Part shown: piece after piece, positions 13,557 to 26,140 of the stretch
How the letters are laid out: each line of letters starts with the position of its first letter
Position numbering within the stretch: the first letter of the stretch is position 1
Assembly: GCA_020891255.1 (NCBI GenBank)
Contig: BQFW01000002.1
Location: 1,302,001-1,366,000, forward strand
Direction: 5' to 3'
Source: Entomortierella parvispora E1425
Taxonomy: Eukaryota > Fungi > Mortierellomycota
DNA length: 64,000 nucleotides
The notes under the pieces: model-generated
The model's input: only the letters and a program-made list of their open reading frames with translations
Told to the model about the DNA's origin: nothing
The model's database searches: none
Program-made: the position numbers and the translations under genes

Positions 13557-14957
13557 ATGACCACAAGCGACCCTGGCAGGACCAGGACTAGCACTCAATC
13601 CGGGATCACCCCCCAATCACCAAACTCAATCGCCATCGACCATGCGCAACCGCCAAAAGCCATGGTCGCCAATCATAGTCAACAGCCTCCAGCCTCGGCT
13701 TCAGCTTTTGCCCTCAACAACCTAGTGGCGTCCAGCGCAGCTGCGCTTTGTTCCCGGCTATGCACCCATCCGCTTGACACCCTCAAGACCTGCATCCAGG
13801 TCTCGAACACGCCCCAGCCCATCCACTCCACCCTGGCCTCCCTTGTCCGCACCGGAGGACTCTACCGGGGCTTGCCTATCGCGCTCACTTTGAGTGTCCC
13901 GGGTCTGTCCGTCTATCTCACCGCGTACGATCTCACAAAGGAAACCCTCGCGAAAAAGTTTTCATTCTTGGGAACGGACACGGTCCTCAACCACCTCTCG
14001 AGCGCTGTAGTGGCCGAGGTTTCATCCGGTCTGTTTTGGACACCCATGGAGATTCTCAAATCGAAACAGCAGGTGGAGACCATGTCGCCCTCGTCCAATT
14101 TTGCAATGAAACATTCCTTGGCCGGTGGTGGCGCATCCTCGACGTCAACGTCGTCAACAAGAGGCATGGATGATGCAACTCGAGCACGGACGGGGACATT
14201 TGATCTGGCACGGAAGATTTATCGCCAGGAGGGCCTGACAGGGTTCTACAGAGGTTATTTCATTACTCTTGGTGTATTTGTGTAAGTTGACATTTTGCTT
14301 TGCCATTGAAGAATTCTTTATCTTTGCGATTACTGTTTCCTTTGTTATCTTTCCGCCTGGAGCAAATGTTGTCAAGTCGGAGGAGCAATTGAGACTGAGG
14401 GCGCTAGACTAACGGTGATTGTACTTTCATTCTTCCTTCTTTTTTTCCCTCTTTTTTGATCTCGTCTCTGGATCTTGCATCACATCTACCAATCAATCAG
14501 ACCATATTCAATGATATATTTTGCTACGTATGAGCAACTCAAGGAGATGGCGTGGCGAAGGATGGAGATGGCACGTCGGAGTCAAGGCGGACTTGACAAT
14601 GACGCGCTTACCCCCTCTTCCTCCTTGTCTTCTGCTGGAGATGAGGTATTGCCCTTCACGACGATTATGGGATGTGCAGCTGTGGCCTGTGGTGTAGCGG
14701 CGGGAATTTCAAACACCGTGGATGTGGTCAAGACGCGATGGCAAACCTCGATTTTGGTCACGTCAAAAAAGAACAGTGGCAGTGGTCATGTAGACTCATT
14801 GTCGTCCGCTCGGAGGATTGCCAGACACATGTTCCAACAAGGAGGGCTGGCCAGTTTCACACAAGGAATGGGTGCCCGCGTCCTGTGGATGATACCAAGT
14901 GTTACCATCTCCATGTCGGTATTCGAGTGGATCAAGGCTCATGGCCTTGTGTCCTAA
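13557..14957 (+). CDS. Mitochondrial carrier (SLC25 family)
   Basis: Three carrier signatures (HPLDTLKT, TPMEILKS, NTVDVVKT); GFYRGY...FVPYSMIYF spans intron 14282-14500. Start codon is uncertain. Confidence 0.92.
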
Positions 14958-16144
14958 CCTTGTTGTGGGTGGAAAGAGAGAGATCTGCTTGCAGAAAAAA
15001 AATTGATAAAAAAAACAAACAAATCATCATCGATCTTTGTTCTTGTTTGTTGTTGTTGTTGTTGCTGTTGCACTTGTAATCGTCTCGTGGTCGACAAAGC
15101 ACCAGACGAAAAGGGGCTGGGGGTGACCGACAGGACAAGGTCCAAGGCACCTGTACCCATGAGACCCAAGACTCCATGACACACACCTGAGTACCAAAAA
15201 GGGGCGGAGCGAGGAAAAAAGCGAGTGAATGAATGGACAGCAAGCAGGACATGGCAGTAGAGTGGCGGGAGTTGTAACTGACTAGCTTGTCTTTTTTTTT
15301 TTTTTTTTTTTTTTTTTTGATTTTCGATTTACCTGCAGGGAAGAAAAGAGGAGCATGGGAAGGGGAACACAGGGGGGCGAGGACAGTTCACGGACGCTGC
15401 ATATTCGGAAACAAAGAGGAAGAGGCGGGAAAGTCGCATGTGGGGAAAGGGAAACTCATTCCGGAGGCATTGCATGGGAGGAAGGTCGAAGAAAGACAAG
15501 GAAAGAGAAGAGAAAAAAAGCACAGACAGGATGCACCAAGCAAGGACAGGGTCCGTTTCAGGGACAGAGACACTGGTGTTCCTGAAGACATCGTCTTTTC
15601 TGTTCATGCGAGCATACCATGGGCAATGACGCGCATGCTGATCGTTGGGAGAAGGGGGGGGACGCTGTCCAGCAGACTGCCCCTGCGTGGCAGAGTGCGT
15701 GCAGGGCAGCCAGCACGAGCAGGCGAGCGAGCGAGAGCAAAGAAAGAAAAAAGAAAAAGGACCGCACCATTGGGGCAGGACTGGACGGACATGGGCGAGT
15801 GTTGATCAGCACGCGCGCTTGCTTTCCTTTTTTCTCTTCCTCTCCTCTCCTTGTCCTCGTCCTTCTCCTTCTCTCATTCCTTCCTTCAACTTCTCATTCC
15901 TTCTTTCCTCTTTTCCTCTAGCCGATTTTACCTGTATACCTTTCCCTTCCCCATCACTGACTCACTCTCTTCCCCTTGCACCACATACCCATTCATACAC
16001 CTGACTTCCCGCTCTGGACCCGATCGTCTCCCTCTGTCTTTTCTTGTCCCCTTCACTCTTTGTACATTCTTCATCCCATCCCATCCCCCTGTTGCCATTA
16101 ACACCTACACACCTGCATCTACACCCATACCTGCACATATCACC

Positions 16145-16783
16145 ATGTATCATACTATGGTACAAGGGAACGAGGAGGTAGACGAGCCTCTCTGGAATGG
16201 CAAGTTTCTTTCCATTCGTCCGCTCGGTGCGGTCGACTCTTGTCTTCTCTCTGCTCTTCTTCTCGTTCGTTCGTTGGTTACCCGACTGCTCTCGCCCTGG
16301 CTCTGTGTCCCGCTCACACGCCCCTGCTCACAGAAGCGTGGCATGTGCATCCATCTCACAACAGTGGCCACGACTTGCAACAAACAACGCCTTCGTCTTG
16401 TGCCTTGTCTTGTTCTCTTACACACTCTTTCCTTCCTTCACGCGTGTGTGGACTTTAATCGGAGCCAAAAGCGCGTTTTTTTTGCAGAAAACTAACCTGA
16501 TGAAGAGGTGCTGGAACCACTGTTCTTTTCTCTTTTCTCATCTAATAGAAGTGCTGCGTTTTATGCCCGGCCAGCTTCGCAACAATCGCTCCTCGACCTC
16601 CCTAGCCTCTCGAGCTGTGACCATCTACGACGACAGCGACGAATCATCGCCACTCCTAGCCAGCGGATTGATTCCAACACGGAGACAAGTATCACAATGG
16701 ACAAATAGCATATGGAAGAGACAGGCTGTTCTCCTCGTGCTCCCCGTGTCAATCGTAAGGGTCACTCTTTTGTCTGAAAACAC

Positions 16784-16815
<32 letters not shown>

Positions 16816-16816
16816 A

Positions 16817-16847
<31 letters not shown>

Positions 16848-18435
16848 AGACGGAGCAATGAATGATCATCTATGGTGTGGATCTCTCTTTCTCCTTTCTC
16901 TTGAATTGAACCTGTAGCTGAGTTGTTGTCCCAATTCCTATCTTGCTGTGCCCTAGGTCATCATGTGGTGTTCTGTTCCCTTTCCTACGTATCCTATTGC
17001 TGGCGACGATGACGGTGGAGGGACAAACTCATCCAAGCCCTGGTTTCCTTGGCCCTTGCACAGCACCAATATCCCGTCTTCTTTCGACGTTTCAGCAGCA
17101 GCATCGTCAGGGTCTTCACAGTCAACAGAGCAAGTAGTGGCAGCCGCACTTTCAACAGCAGATGCGGTTGGGACAGTGGCAACTGCAGCTATCGCATTGG
17201 TAGGAAGCAATTCCACGACCCTTTCTGACCTTGCGACGCAAGCGATAGACCAGCCACAGGTCCTCTTCAACTTTTGGTTCTTTCTCTGGTTTTACTACGG
17301 CCTGTACAATGCAGTGGCGCTCTTGCTTATCACAAAGATCTTCAACATCTACTCGCTCAACTGGTGGCCCAAGGCGCTAGGAGGTCTGAGGTCGTACTTT
17401 ATCTTCTGGCTGTCGACTCAACTCATGGGCATCGTCGTCTACTACTTCACGGGGCTCGAACGATTTCCGCTCACCTGGGTGTCGCTCACCTTTTGTACAA
17501 TGACCATTCCCCTACTGGTGGCATTCCTTGTCATTCGATCAGAGAACAGGAACGTATACCGACACTCTCTCACATGGGCGCAAAAGACCTTTCTTTCAAC
17601 GTCATCGATCGAGTCCCGTATCCCTGCTTCCTATGTCCGATTCCTTTGGTTCTGCGTCGCACTCGCCATTGCTTTGAGCACCATCGTTACAGGACAACTG
17701 TATGCAGACCAATTTATTCACGCGTCAAAGGAAACTCCTCCCACTGCTATCGAGGGCTTGGTCTACGTTTACTCATGGGTCGGGACTATCTATATCCTGG
17801 ATGCTTTTACGGACTACATTGTGGAAACGCGGGTTCGATCTTACCCGCTGTCTTCCATCTTTAAGCTGTACTATTTCATGATTTACTTCATCTTTTACAG
17901 AAACTTGTTTGTGCGCCTGCGATCATACAAACAGTTCCTGGCCATCCAAGTCGCGTCATCGTTCTGGGTCTGCATCTTTCATCCAATCTGCATGACGCAC
18001 ACTGTCTACAAGGCGTTGGTATACCTTTTCGGGATTACAAAGACCTATGAAGAGTACAAGAGACAGGTCGGCCGAGGCTTGTTTCTCAGAAACCTGGCTG
18101 AAAACGCAACGATGCTCGCCTTCCTCTGTTGGGTGAACATCCTCTACTACGGACCAAACGCCAAAGTCTACCCATACTTTCAATTTGACGACAAGAACCC
18201 AATCTACAAGCACGATATCACAGTCTATGCCTCCATTGGAATCTGGGTCAGCGAGTTGATCTCCAACTTTATCAACCGTTTGATCTGCAAACGGTTCCTG
18301 GGTCACCATGTCACCAAAGAGGCCCTCAAGGACCTGAAAGAATATCCAGAGTTGATTGTCGCGTTTGTCCTGGTCATGGTCCATATTTTGCAGGATATGC
18401 TGTTGTCATTAATCAATCTCGACAACATTGCGTAA
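16145..18435 (+). CDS. Multi-pass membrane protein of unknown function
   Basis: 490-aa ORF 16963-18435 with about 8-10 hydrophobic segments. Upstream exon EVLRFMPGQ...AVLLVLPVSI is followed by a GTAAGG donor. 5' end is uncertain. Confidence 0.75.
16784..16846. repeat. (GA)n microsatellite in an intron
   Basis: Visible GAGA run with short interruptions. Confidence 0.9.
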
Positions 18436-18653
18436 ACGTAGACAACATTAGCCCTTTCTGTCACCCTTGTTGCCCTTGACCTAATCTCTGATACGCGCTT
18501 ATACCATTGCCTCAACCTACTCTCATTTGCATATCATTCCCGCCCCTCCTCCCATTGTAGCATCCCCACCTTGTTGTAATAAAAGAGAAAAGTTCAAAAG
18601 TCGATTCGAGTTGATGAATGAAAATGAGGTATGCAAGTATATTGGTTGTAAGT

Positions 18654-20150
18654 CTACTTCTTTGACTTTTTGGAACTCGATTTGCTGTCGTCTTCCGACT
18701 TTCTCTTCTTGTCCTTCTTGTCCTTCTTGTCCTTCTTCTCCTTCTTGCTGCTGCTTTCCTTGTCTTCCTTGGACTTTTTCTCCTTCTTGCTCTTCTTTTC
18801 CTCAGCTACTGGTGATGCCTCCTCAACCTTCTCAGGCTCCTCAGCCTTCTCAGCCTTCTCAACAACTGTGACTTCCTCGACCTTTGATTCTATCGTTGAA
18901 GGCATGACAGACACAGTGGCCTTCACAAATCCAAGTCCACGGAGTCCAGAAGAGTTGTAACCCTGAGATCCAAGACCAGCCGAGGTGGCGAATCCGAGAC
19001 CGCCAAAGGAGGGTCTAGGAGCCTCCTCTCCGTTAGCAGCAGCGGCAGCATTCACTATTTCACAACGAAGTAGGGTTAGAAATGATTGTCGTTGAATGTA
19101 AAGAAACGGTCGAGACCAACATAGGGTAGGGATCAAAATCATACTCATGCTGTTTTGCATCATGCGGGCGGCGTAGATATCCGTTGAAGTCATGGGCTCC
19201 TCCACAACAGGGGTGGACATGCCTGAGGTGGCAGGCGAGGCAGTCTCAGACTTGATACCCAAAATTTCGTTCAAGCGCTCCGAGTTCTGAAGGGCGGCAT
19301 GCTTGTTTCTAAGGTACTTGTGCCTTGAACTAGAAAAGGGTATATGAAGATCAATTGGAAAGCAAAGAGTCAACGCGTTAGATAAAAAAAGTTCGTAGAC
19401 CTTGAGGAACCCCGGAAGTCGTCCATGTCCATGTTCTAACACACAGTCCAGTGTACTTACGCCTTGCGACCATTGATAGCAGCCATGACATTGCTCTTCT
19501 CCTCGTCATCGCTTGACTTTTTGCTCCTCTTCTCTTTCTTGTCCTTCTTTTCCTTTTTGTCCTTCTTCTCCTTCTTGTCCTTCTTTTCCTTGCCCTCTTT
19601 GGACTTCTTGCTCTTCTTCTCCTTCTTCTCCTTCTTGCTCGACTTTGACTCCTCCTCTGATTCATCCGAGGATGATCCTGCAGATGACTTTTCGTCGCTC
19701 TTCTCTCCGTCCTCCTTGGCATCGTTCTCGACACGCTCGTTCAATTCAGCGAGGAGTTTGCTGAAAGCATCCGTATTTCCGAGCCAGTTGTCGCTCGACT
19801 TTTTGGTGGCGCCGACACCGAGGTGGTTCTCCTTCAGGCGGACCTTGACATGATCTGTGACACCGTCCTCCTTGGCTCCAAGACCCTTACCCTGGGCCCA
19901 ACCCATCTTTTGCATCATCTTCAATCCAAACTTGTTTTCATCTATGGACGGTCATCCAGCAAATGCAGTAAAAGGTTAGTCTTCTGATATACTTGAAAAA
20001 CAAAATAATCCAGGAGAGCTGAGCTGAGGGAGAAAAGTCTGCCGAAGCCCAAGAGAAAGAGATGAGCAGGCGATTACCATTTGCCCAATGCAAGTTTCGG
20101 GGATCGGGCGCAAGGCGCTGCTTCGCATGACGGACGGCTTTCAAAGACAT
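18654..20150 (-). CDS. PXR1: G-patch protein Pxr1/Gno1/PinX1
   Basis: MSLKAVRHAKQRLAPDPRNLHWAN; G-patch KFGLKMMQKMGWAQGKGLG; VRLKENHLGVGA; Lys/Glu-rich tail; multi-exon. Confidence 0.92.
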
Positions 20151-20273
20151 GGCGAGGAATGTAATGGAGTGGAGAGTGATGGAAAGCCAAACGAGTGCAA
20201 TGCAGGTCGACCTCTTGTGCTGCCTCGAGCCCTTTTTTTCTTTTTTTTTTTGTTTCCACAAAAACACCGCATT

Positions 20274-20298
20274 GCGTGACTGCCATAACCAGTCACGC
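20274..20298. promoter_or_regulatory. 9-bp inverted repeat in the PXR1/CTR9 divergent promoter
   Basis: GCGTGACTG-N7-CAGTCACGC lies between the head-to-head ATGs at 20150 and 20600. Confidence 0.35.
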
Positions 20299-20599
20299 CA
20301 CGTATTAATCTCCATCGCAGATGTTGCACCAGGCCTGATGCTGATCTGTGTCCCACTTCCATCTCGCACAGGGACATCAACTAATTCCCAGTATCCGCCT
20401 CATCACTCCCCGCGTCCTCTCTTGATCCCTCTCACCTCTCCACCGTCCTTCCCTCTCTGTGTCATTGCTTGGTCTGTTGTCCTGCCATCTGTCCGCCGGC
20501 TGCACACAACAGGAGCCTTCACACAACCAGGTCTGCATACCATCAGCTGCAGCTCCCCCTCACTGCTCAACGCGTCTCGATCAACAGACATCCTCATCC

Positions 20600-23500
20600 A
20601 TGTATTCTCACCATTCAAACGGCTCCCTCGAGATTCCTCTCAAGGGAACTGAAAATGTTCTGGAAATCGCTCGGTCCAATCTGCCACCCCCCACAGAGTT
20701 GCTTGGAATTCTCAAGCCAGAAGAGGCACCTTTGAGGCATTACGTTCTCTTTGCTGTAAGATCTAAAGACTGAATGCGCATCAGGAGTGGATGTCCAAGT
20801 CGAACGGTGCAGCATGACTAACATCTGCTGTTCTACTTCATCTCTACTACCAGCTTGAATATGCTCGACAGGGACAGGTGGACTCTGCTATCAAGGTTTT
20901 GAGCGACGGTCTTCAAGGTACATCAAGTTCTCGGATATTTGAATAATCGATATGACGTTCAGGAACCTAGTTAACATGCTGTCAATGTTCTCATACTAGT
21001 GCAATACGAGCCAAACCCAAGACCTCGCTTGCCACTGCACAACCTTCTCGCATCGCTCTACATCCGAAAGGCATACCAACACGGAATCACCCCACAGGAT
21101 CGTAATGCCTTGTGGTCGGAGGCCACCAAGCATTTGGGAGCTGCTGAGAAGATCAACCCCAAAGATGACACAACGTGGGTCAGCAAGGGTAGGCACCGAA
21201 GTTGCTGTTGGAGTCTGAACGTTGTGCATTACGGGGATCAACATACTGAATTCACTCTACCCTTTAACAGGTCTTCTTTTGCTTGCACGCAACTCTTATG
21301 ACGACGCCCATCGACACTTTAAGCAAGTTCTTGGAGAGAACCCAAGGAGCATTCCCGCATTGCTCGGAATGGCCCGTATTCATTTCATTCGGGAAGCCTA
21401 TACACAGGCGTTGGCGCTTTACAGGAATGTGCTCAAGATCTCAGCGGATTGCTCTCCAAACCCAAGATTGGGCATGGGATTGTGCTTTTACAAGCTGGGA
21501 ATGGTTGAGGCAGCTCAGACCGCGTTCGAGAGATGTATCGAGTTGGTAAGTCGAGATTATATTTTCTAGTCATTTTTTCTAGTCACATTAGCGACCGATG
21601 TTAACAGGTATTGGGTGCCTTGCATCGATGCTCAATTGTCGTTTACAGAACAGTCAGGATGCCACAGCACATGTCTTGCTTGCAACAATCCAGTTCAACA
21701 AATGCAAGCAGACGGATCTTACACCGGACGATATCACGCAAATTTACAAGGTTGGATTTGAGCATCTCAAGAAGGCATATGGCGCTGACAAGAGGAGCCC
21801 TGTTGTCGGTCTTTACATGGGCAAACATTTCGCCACGGTGAAGGACACAACGAAGGCTATGGCCTTTGCCACCAAGGCATCAGAAGCTCAGGGACTCAAG
21901 AATGTTCAGTCAGAGGGTTTCTATATTATGGGCAAGATTCACCATCAGCAGGACCGTTTCGGAGAGGCGTTGGCTTGCTATGGCAAGGCTGTCAGCTTCA
22001 ACCCCGATAACCTCTTGGCACAATTCGGACTAGGACAGACTCTTCTCTTCAAACAGGATATTGCCTCTGCCATCACAGCTTTTGAGAGGATCCTTGTCAA
22101 GGAGCCAAAGTGTGTCGAAGCTATTGCTGTAAGTATTTTAGGTGTCGATGTTCCATCCTGTGCGTCTACTTTCAATCAACATCCGGCATCTAATCACACG
22201 AAATGATATGACATACTAGGTTTTGGGCTCTATCTACTCCAGATCTCCAGGAACAAAGACAAAGGCACTGGAATACTTTGATAAGGCTACCAACATCATC
22301 CACGAACGCAACACTCTCTCGATGCAGGATCCACTTATGTTCACCGAGATGGCGCAATTGCTGGAGCAGACCGATATCGCAAAGACATCCAAGGCTTATA
22401 TGTTTGCTCTTGGAATTTGCACGCAAAAGGCAGATCGCGGCGAGACTGTGGAGTACATGCCAGAACTTTTGAACAACATTGCCGCAATCAATCATATGGA
22501 CGGGAGACTCGAGCAGGCCGAGGGCAGTTACTCCAAGGCTCTTGACATGTGCGTGAGCAAACTTCAGGAAGACGACGCAGATATGGCAACAGAGGCAACC
22601 ATCACAACTATCCGATACAACCTCGCTCGTTTGTATGAAGAGAGGAATGAGATTGAGCGGGCAGAGGGCATTTACAAGGACATTGCCCAGAAATACCATG
22701 GCTATGCTGATGCCCATCTTCGCCTGGGTGTCATTGAGCAGTCGCGTGGTAATTTTGATCAGGCCGCCGAACTCTACAAGGATGTCTTTGGAATGATCGA
22801 CAACAAGAATGTGGATGCCTGGACGCTCATGGGCATGTTGCAGCAAAAGCAAAACCAGATCAGGAACTCGCGCAAGACTCTGGAGCGTATTGTTAAGGAA
22901 ATCAACCGTCATGATGTTTATGCTTTGTTGGCTCTCGGAAACAACCATCTCGGTATCGCTCGCGAGGAAAAGGATAACATGGCCATGGTTAGTACATTGA
23001 CTCGTTCTCTGGAGGACCCCTGCTATGAATATATCACTCCCCTGGTACCTTTACTGACTTTTAATTTGGTGGTGCGTATAGAAACAAGAACTCTACAAGA
23101 AGGCGTTCGAATTCTTTGACAAGGTTCTCAAGATTGACGCCTTCAACGCCTATGCTGCTAACGGAATTGCCATCTCTCTCGCTGTCCATGGTCATCACAA
23201 TGAGGCTCGCGAGATGTTCCTTCAGCTTCGTGAGGCAGCGTCTGCTATCCCCACCATCTGGCTCAACTTGGCTCTCGTTTCCGCTGATATGGGCCAATAC
23301 GCAAACGCCGTGCTCCTGGTAAGATAAGCAAAATATGTTGACGTTCATCGACTTCATTGATCATCTCTAATCAAATACTCTATGTTGCCATGTTTATTAG
23401 TATGCAAGCGTGTCCAAGAAGTTCTTCAACAATGAGGATGAGAACGTGATCCTTTCTATGGCCAAGGCTCAATACTGTGTCGCAAAGTCAGAGAAGGATC

Positions 23501-24575
23501 CTGAAAAGATGCTTCAAGCACTGTCAATGGCACAGAGGGCGTTCCGACTTCAACCAAGTGATAAAACTGCTCTTTATGACATTGCCTTGATTCAACAGTC
23601 TTACGCCCAGCTGGTTTCTGATCGTGCCCAAAACCAGAGGACAGTAGCGGATATCCATGCTGCCATGGAGGGTCTTGGTGTCGCCAAGAGGTAAGTTTAA
23701 CTTTTGAAAAACAAATCAGACATTAGCCCAAAATCGCTGAGATACTAAAAATAATACCTTCTCTTTTTTTTTTTTTTTCAAAACTTTTTTCTAGCCTACT
23801 GAAATCTCTCATTGCAGTTCCATCCAAGGAGCATGTCTACTATGAACGCGAGATTGCAGCACAGCGTGAGAAGCATGGAGACTCTCTGTTGACAATTTTG
23901 CAGAGAAAGCTCAAGGACCAGGAGGTGTTTGAAGCTGAGAAGGAAAAGATTGCAGAAGAGACGCGCAAGAAGCGCGAGAGCGAGAGACTGAAGAAGGACG
24001 AGGAAGAGCGGATACGTCGCCAGAAGCAGGAGGATGAGGAGCGCGAGATTTTGGAGAGACGTCGTGCACTGGATCAAGGCGCCAAGGAAACACAGAAGGA
24101 ATTGGACGAGATGAACCGGGAGAGATCAGAGCGCAAACGCATGGTTGTGAGTGACGATGAGTTGAGTGAAGGCGAGTTTGATGCGAATGGAGAGCGTGAA
24201 GTCAAGAAGCAAAGAAAGGAGCGTAAGCCCAAGGAACCTAAAGAGCCCAAGGAACCCAAGGAGCCAAAGGAGAAGAGGGGCAAGTTGCGCAAGAAATCCG
24301 ATCTGGAGGGACGTGCTAGAAGCAAGAGCACGGACAGAGACGATGACGACGGCATGCACGACGATCCCACGTCGCGCAAGGCCACGTCCAAGAAATTGTA
24401 AGTGGCAATGATTGTTGCACCGAGCTCTGTTGACGTGACTGATGCGCGTGTGTTACTTGTATTCGTTCCTGGCAAAGCAAATGTTAACGCGTCTTGTCTA
24501 TACCCTTTTGATATTCTTCCTACCTATAGCAAATCCAAGGAGATCATCGACTCTGACGACGAGTTCTCGGATTAG
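20600..24575 (+). CDS. CTR9: Paf1-complex subunit Ctr9 (TPR repeats), multi-exon
   Basis: N-terminal LEIPLKGTENVLEI; many TPR helices; KVLKIDAFNAYAANGIA; charged C-terminus ending KEIIDSDDEFSD*. Confidence 0.93.
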
Positions 24576-24818
24576 GATCGTTGTTGGGTGCAACAAAGCA
24601 GCTTGGCAGACCTTGAATTAAATAATAAAAAGCACGGAATAAAAAACGAAGGCTTGAGTAAACGGAAGGCAGTCACTGGCTGCACCGAATCCGTGAGCCA
24701 TTCCTTCACCGCCCCCGCATCGCACCACCATTCCTGTCTCTTCTCCCACCCAAAATACACCTATATTCTTGTCATCCTTACCACATCCACGGCTCCTACC
24801 CACAACGCAAGCAACATC

Positions 24819-25950
24819 ATGTCTTCGACCAAGAAGAACAAAGCTCGTGCGATGCCCCCACTCCCGACATCCCCGGCTCCATGTCTCGCGCACTCACTAC
24901 AAAACGAGGACTGGCCCATCGAATCACAAAAAGTCAAGGACGAGCAAATCATGGCATTCTATCGCGAATATGCCAAGGTAACCAGCAACCTCAGCAACAG
25001 GGCATTCCACCGACATCCACCCACTCGCCTCATCACCTCATCACATAGTGTGATCGTTTTGTTTTTCTTCTTTTCTTTTTCTTTTCGCCCCGCCCCATTG
25101 TTTTTTTTGCCTGCCACGGAGGATTACTTGCGCTTTGCTCAAGAATGGGAAATGTCAGAGCAGAAGGTGGCATGCAGTGGCGACGGGCGTCTATCGATCC
25201 AAGCAACATTCTGGCTGTTGGGACCATGAGGAAGATCAAGCCGTTATGTTGATCCAGGACGCATCCGACATTGACATGGGCTGAACTCCCCGATCATACC
25301 AGATTCCATTTCCTAGTGTCAATGGACCTAGTTATTGTTATATATCGCTGATCTAGTGGACCTTGCACTTTGCTGCGTGGGAATCGGTCATCATCTCTGA
25401 GGGGGTGCTGGACTCAGCATTGAAGAGGATCGGTCTTGTGAACCTGTGAAGTTTTGCAAGTGTCCTGACATCTGGATCGCCACTTTTTTATTTTGTAAAT
25501 CATTTAGACAGCACCCGAACAAGGCAGTGAGATCGAACCGGACGATCACATCAGAGTAAGGACACGCACATGAATGCCAATGCCAGGATGGAGACAGGGA
25601 TCCTTCCGCCATTCTAGAGCGGACAATGGCGACGATGGATGACATTCTCAACCAGGGGCTGCCTCGGCCGACTCGATGTTCAGCCCATTCATATTTCAGC
25701 CCCGAGATTCGTTCCCTTTGTCTCCCCTGTTTTTTTTCCCTTTGTATTCTGCGTGTCTCCTTCTCACTCACCCTTTTGTCTCCGTTCCAAAGAGAATCAC
25801 GACGGCCCTTACTCGATACACGACCCGTGGACTACCTAGTGGCAAGGGCCTCCCAGAAGAGTTTCTTCGACAGGGTGCCGAACATATCCTTTCGCCATCG
25901 CCAGAGGAACTCATGGAACTATACGCTACTCTGCTCCGGGACAATCTAGG
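24819..25950 (+). CDS. Probable short 5' exons, possibly of the downstream ankyrin-UBA gene
   Basis: ATG 24819 (MSSTKKNK...FYREYAK) is followed by a GTAACC donor at 24978, and further exon-like segments occur near 25122-25166 and 25790-25950. The splice path could not be resolved. Confidence 0.35.
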
Positions 25951-25985
25951 TATATAGCATGGATTTGGCTAGCAGCTCTTTCTTT

Positions 25986-26034
<49 letters not shown>

Positions 26035-26140
26035 ATCAATTTTCATGGATAATATGCTTTTGTGGTCGATTCGTGGCGCAGGAAAATAGGACATTGGACT
26101 GAACGGACTCTGCACTGTATTTTTAGACCTCAACCCAAAG

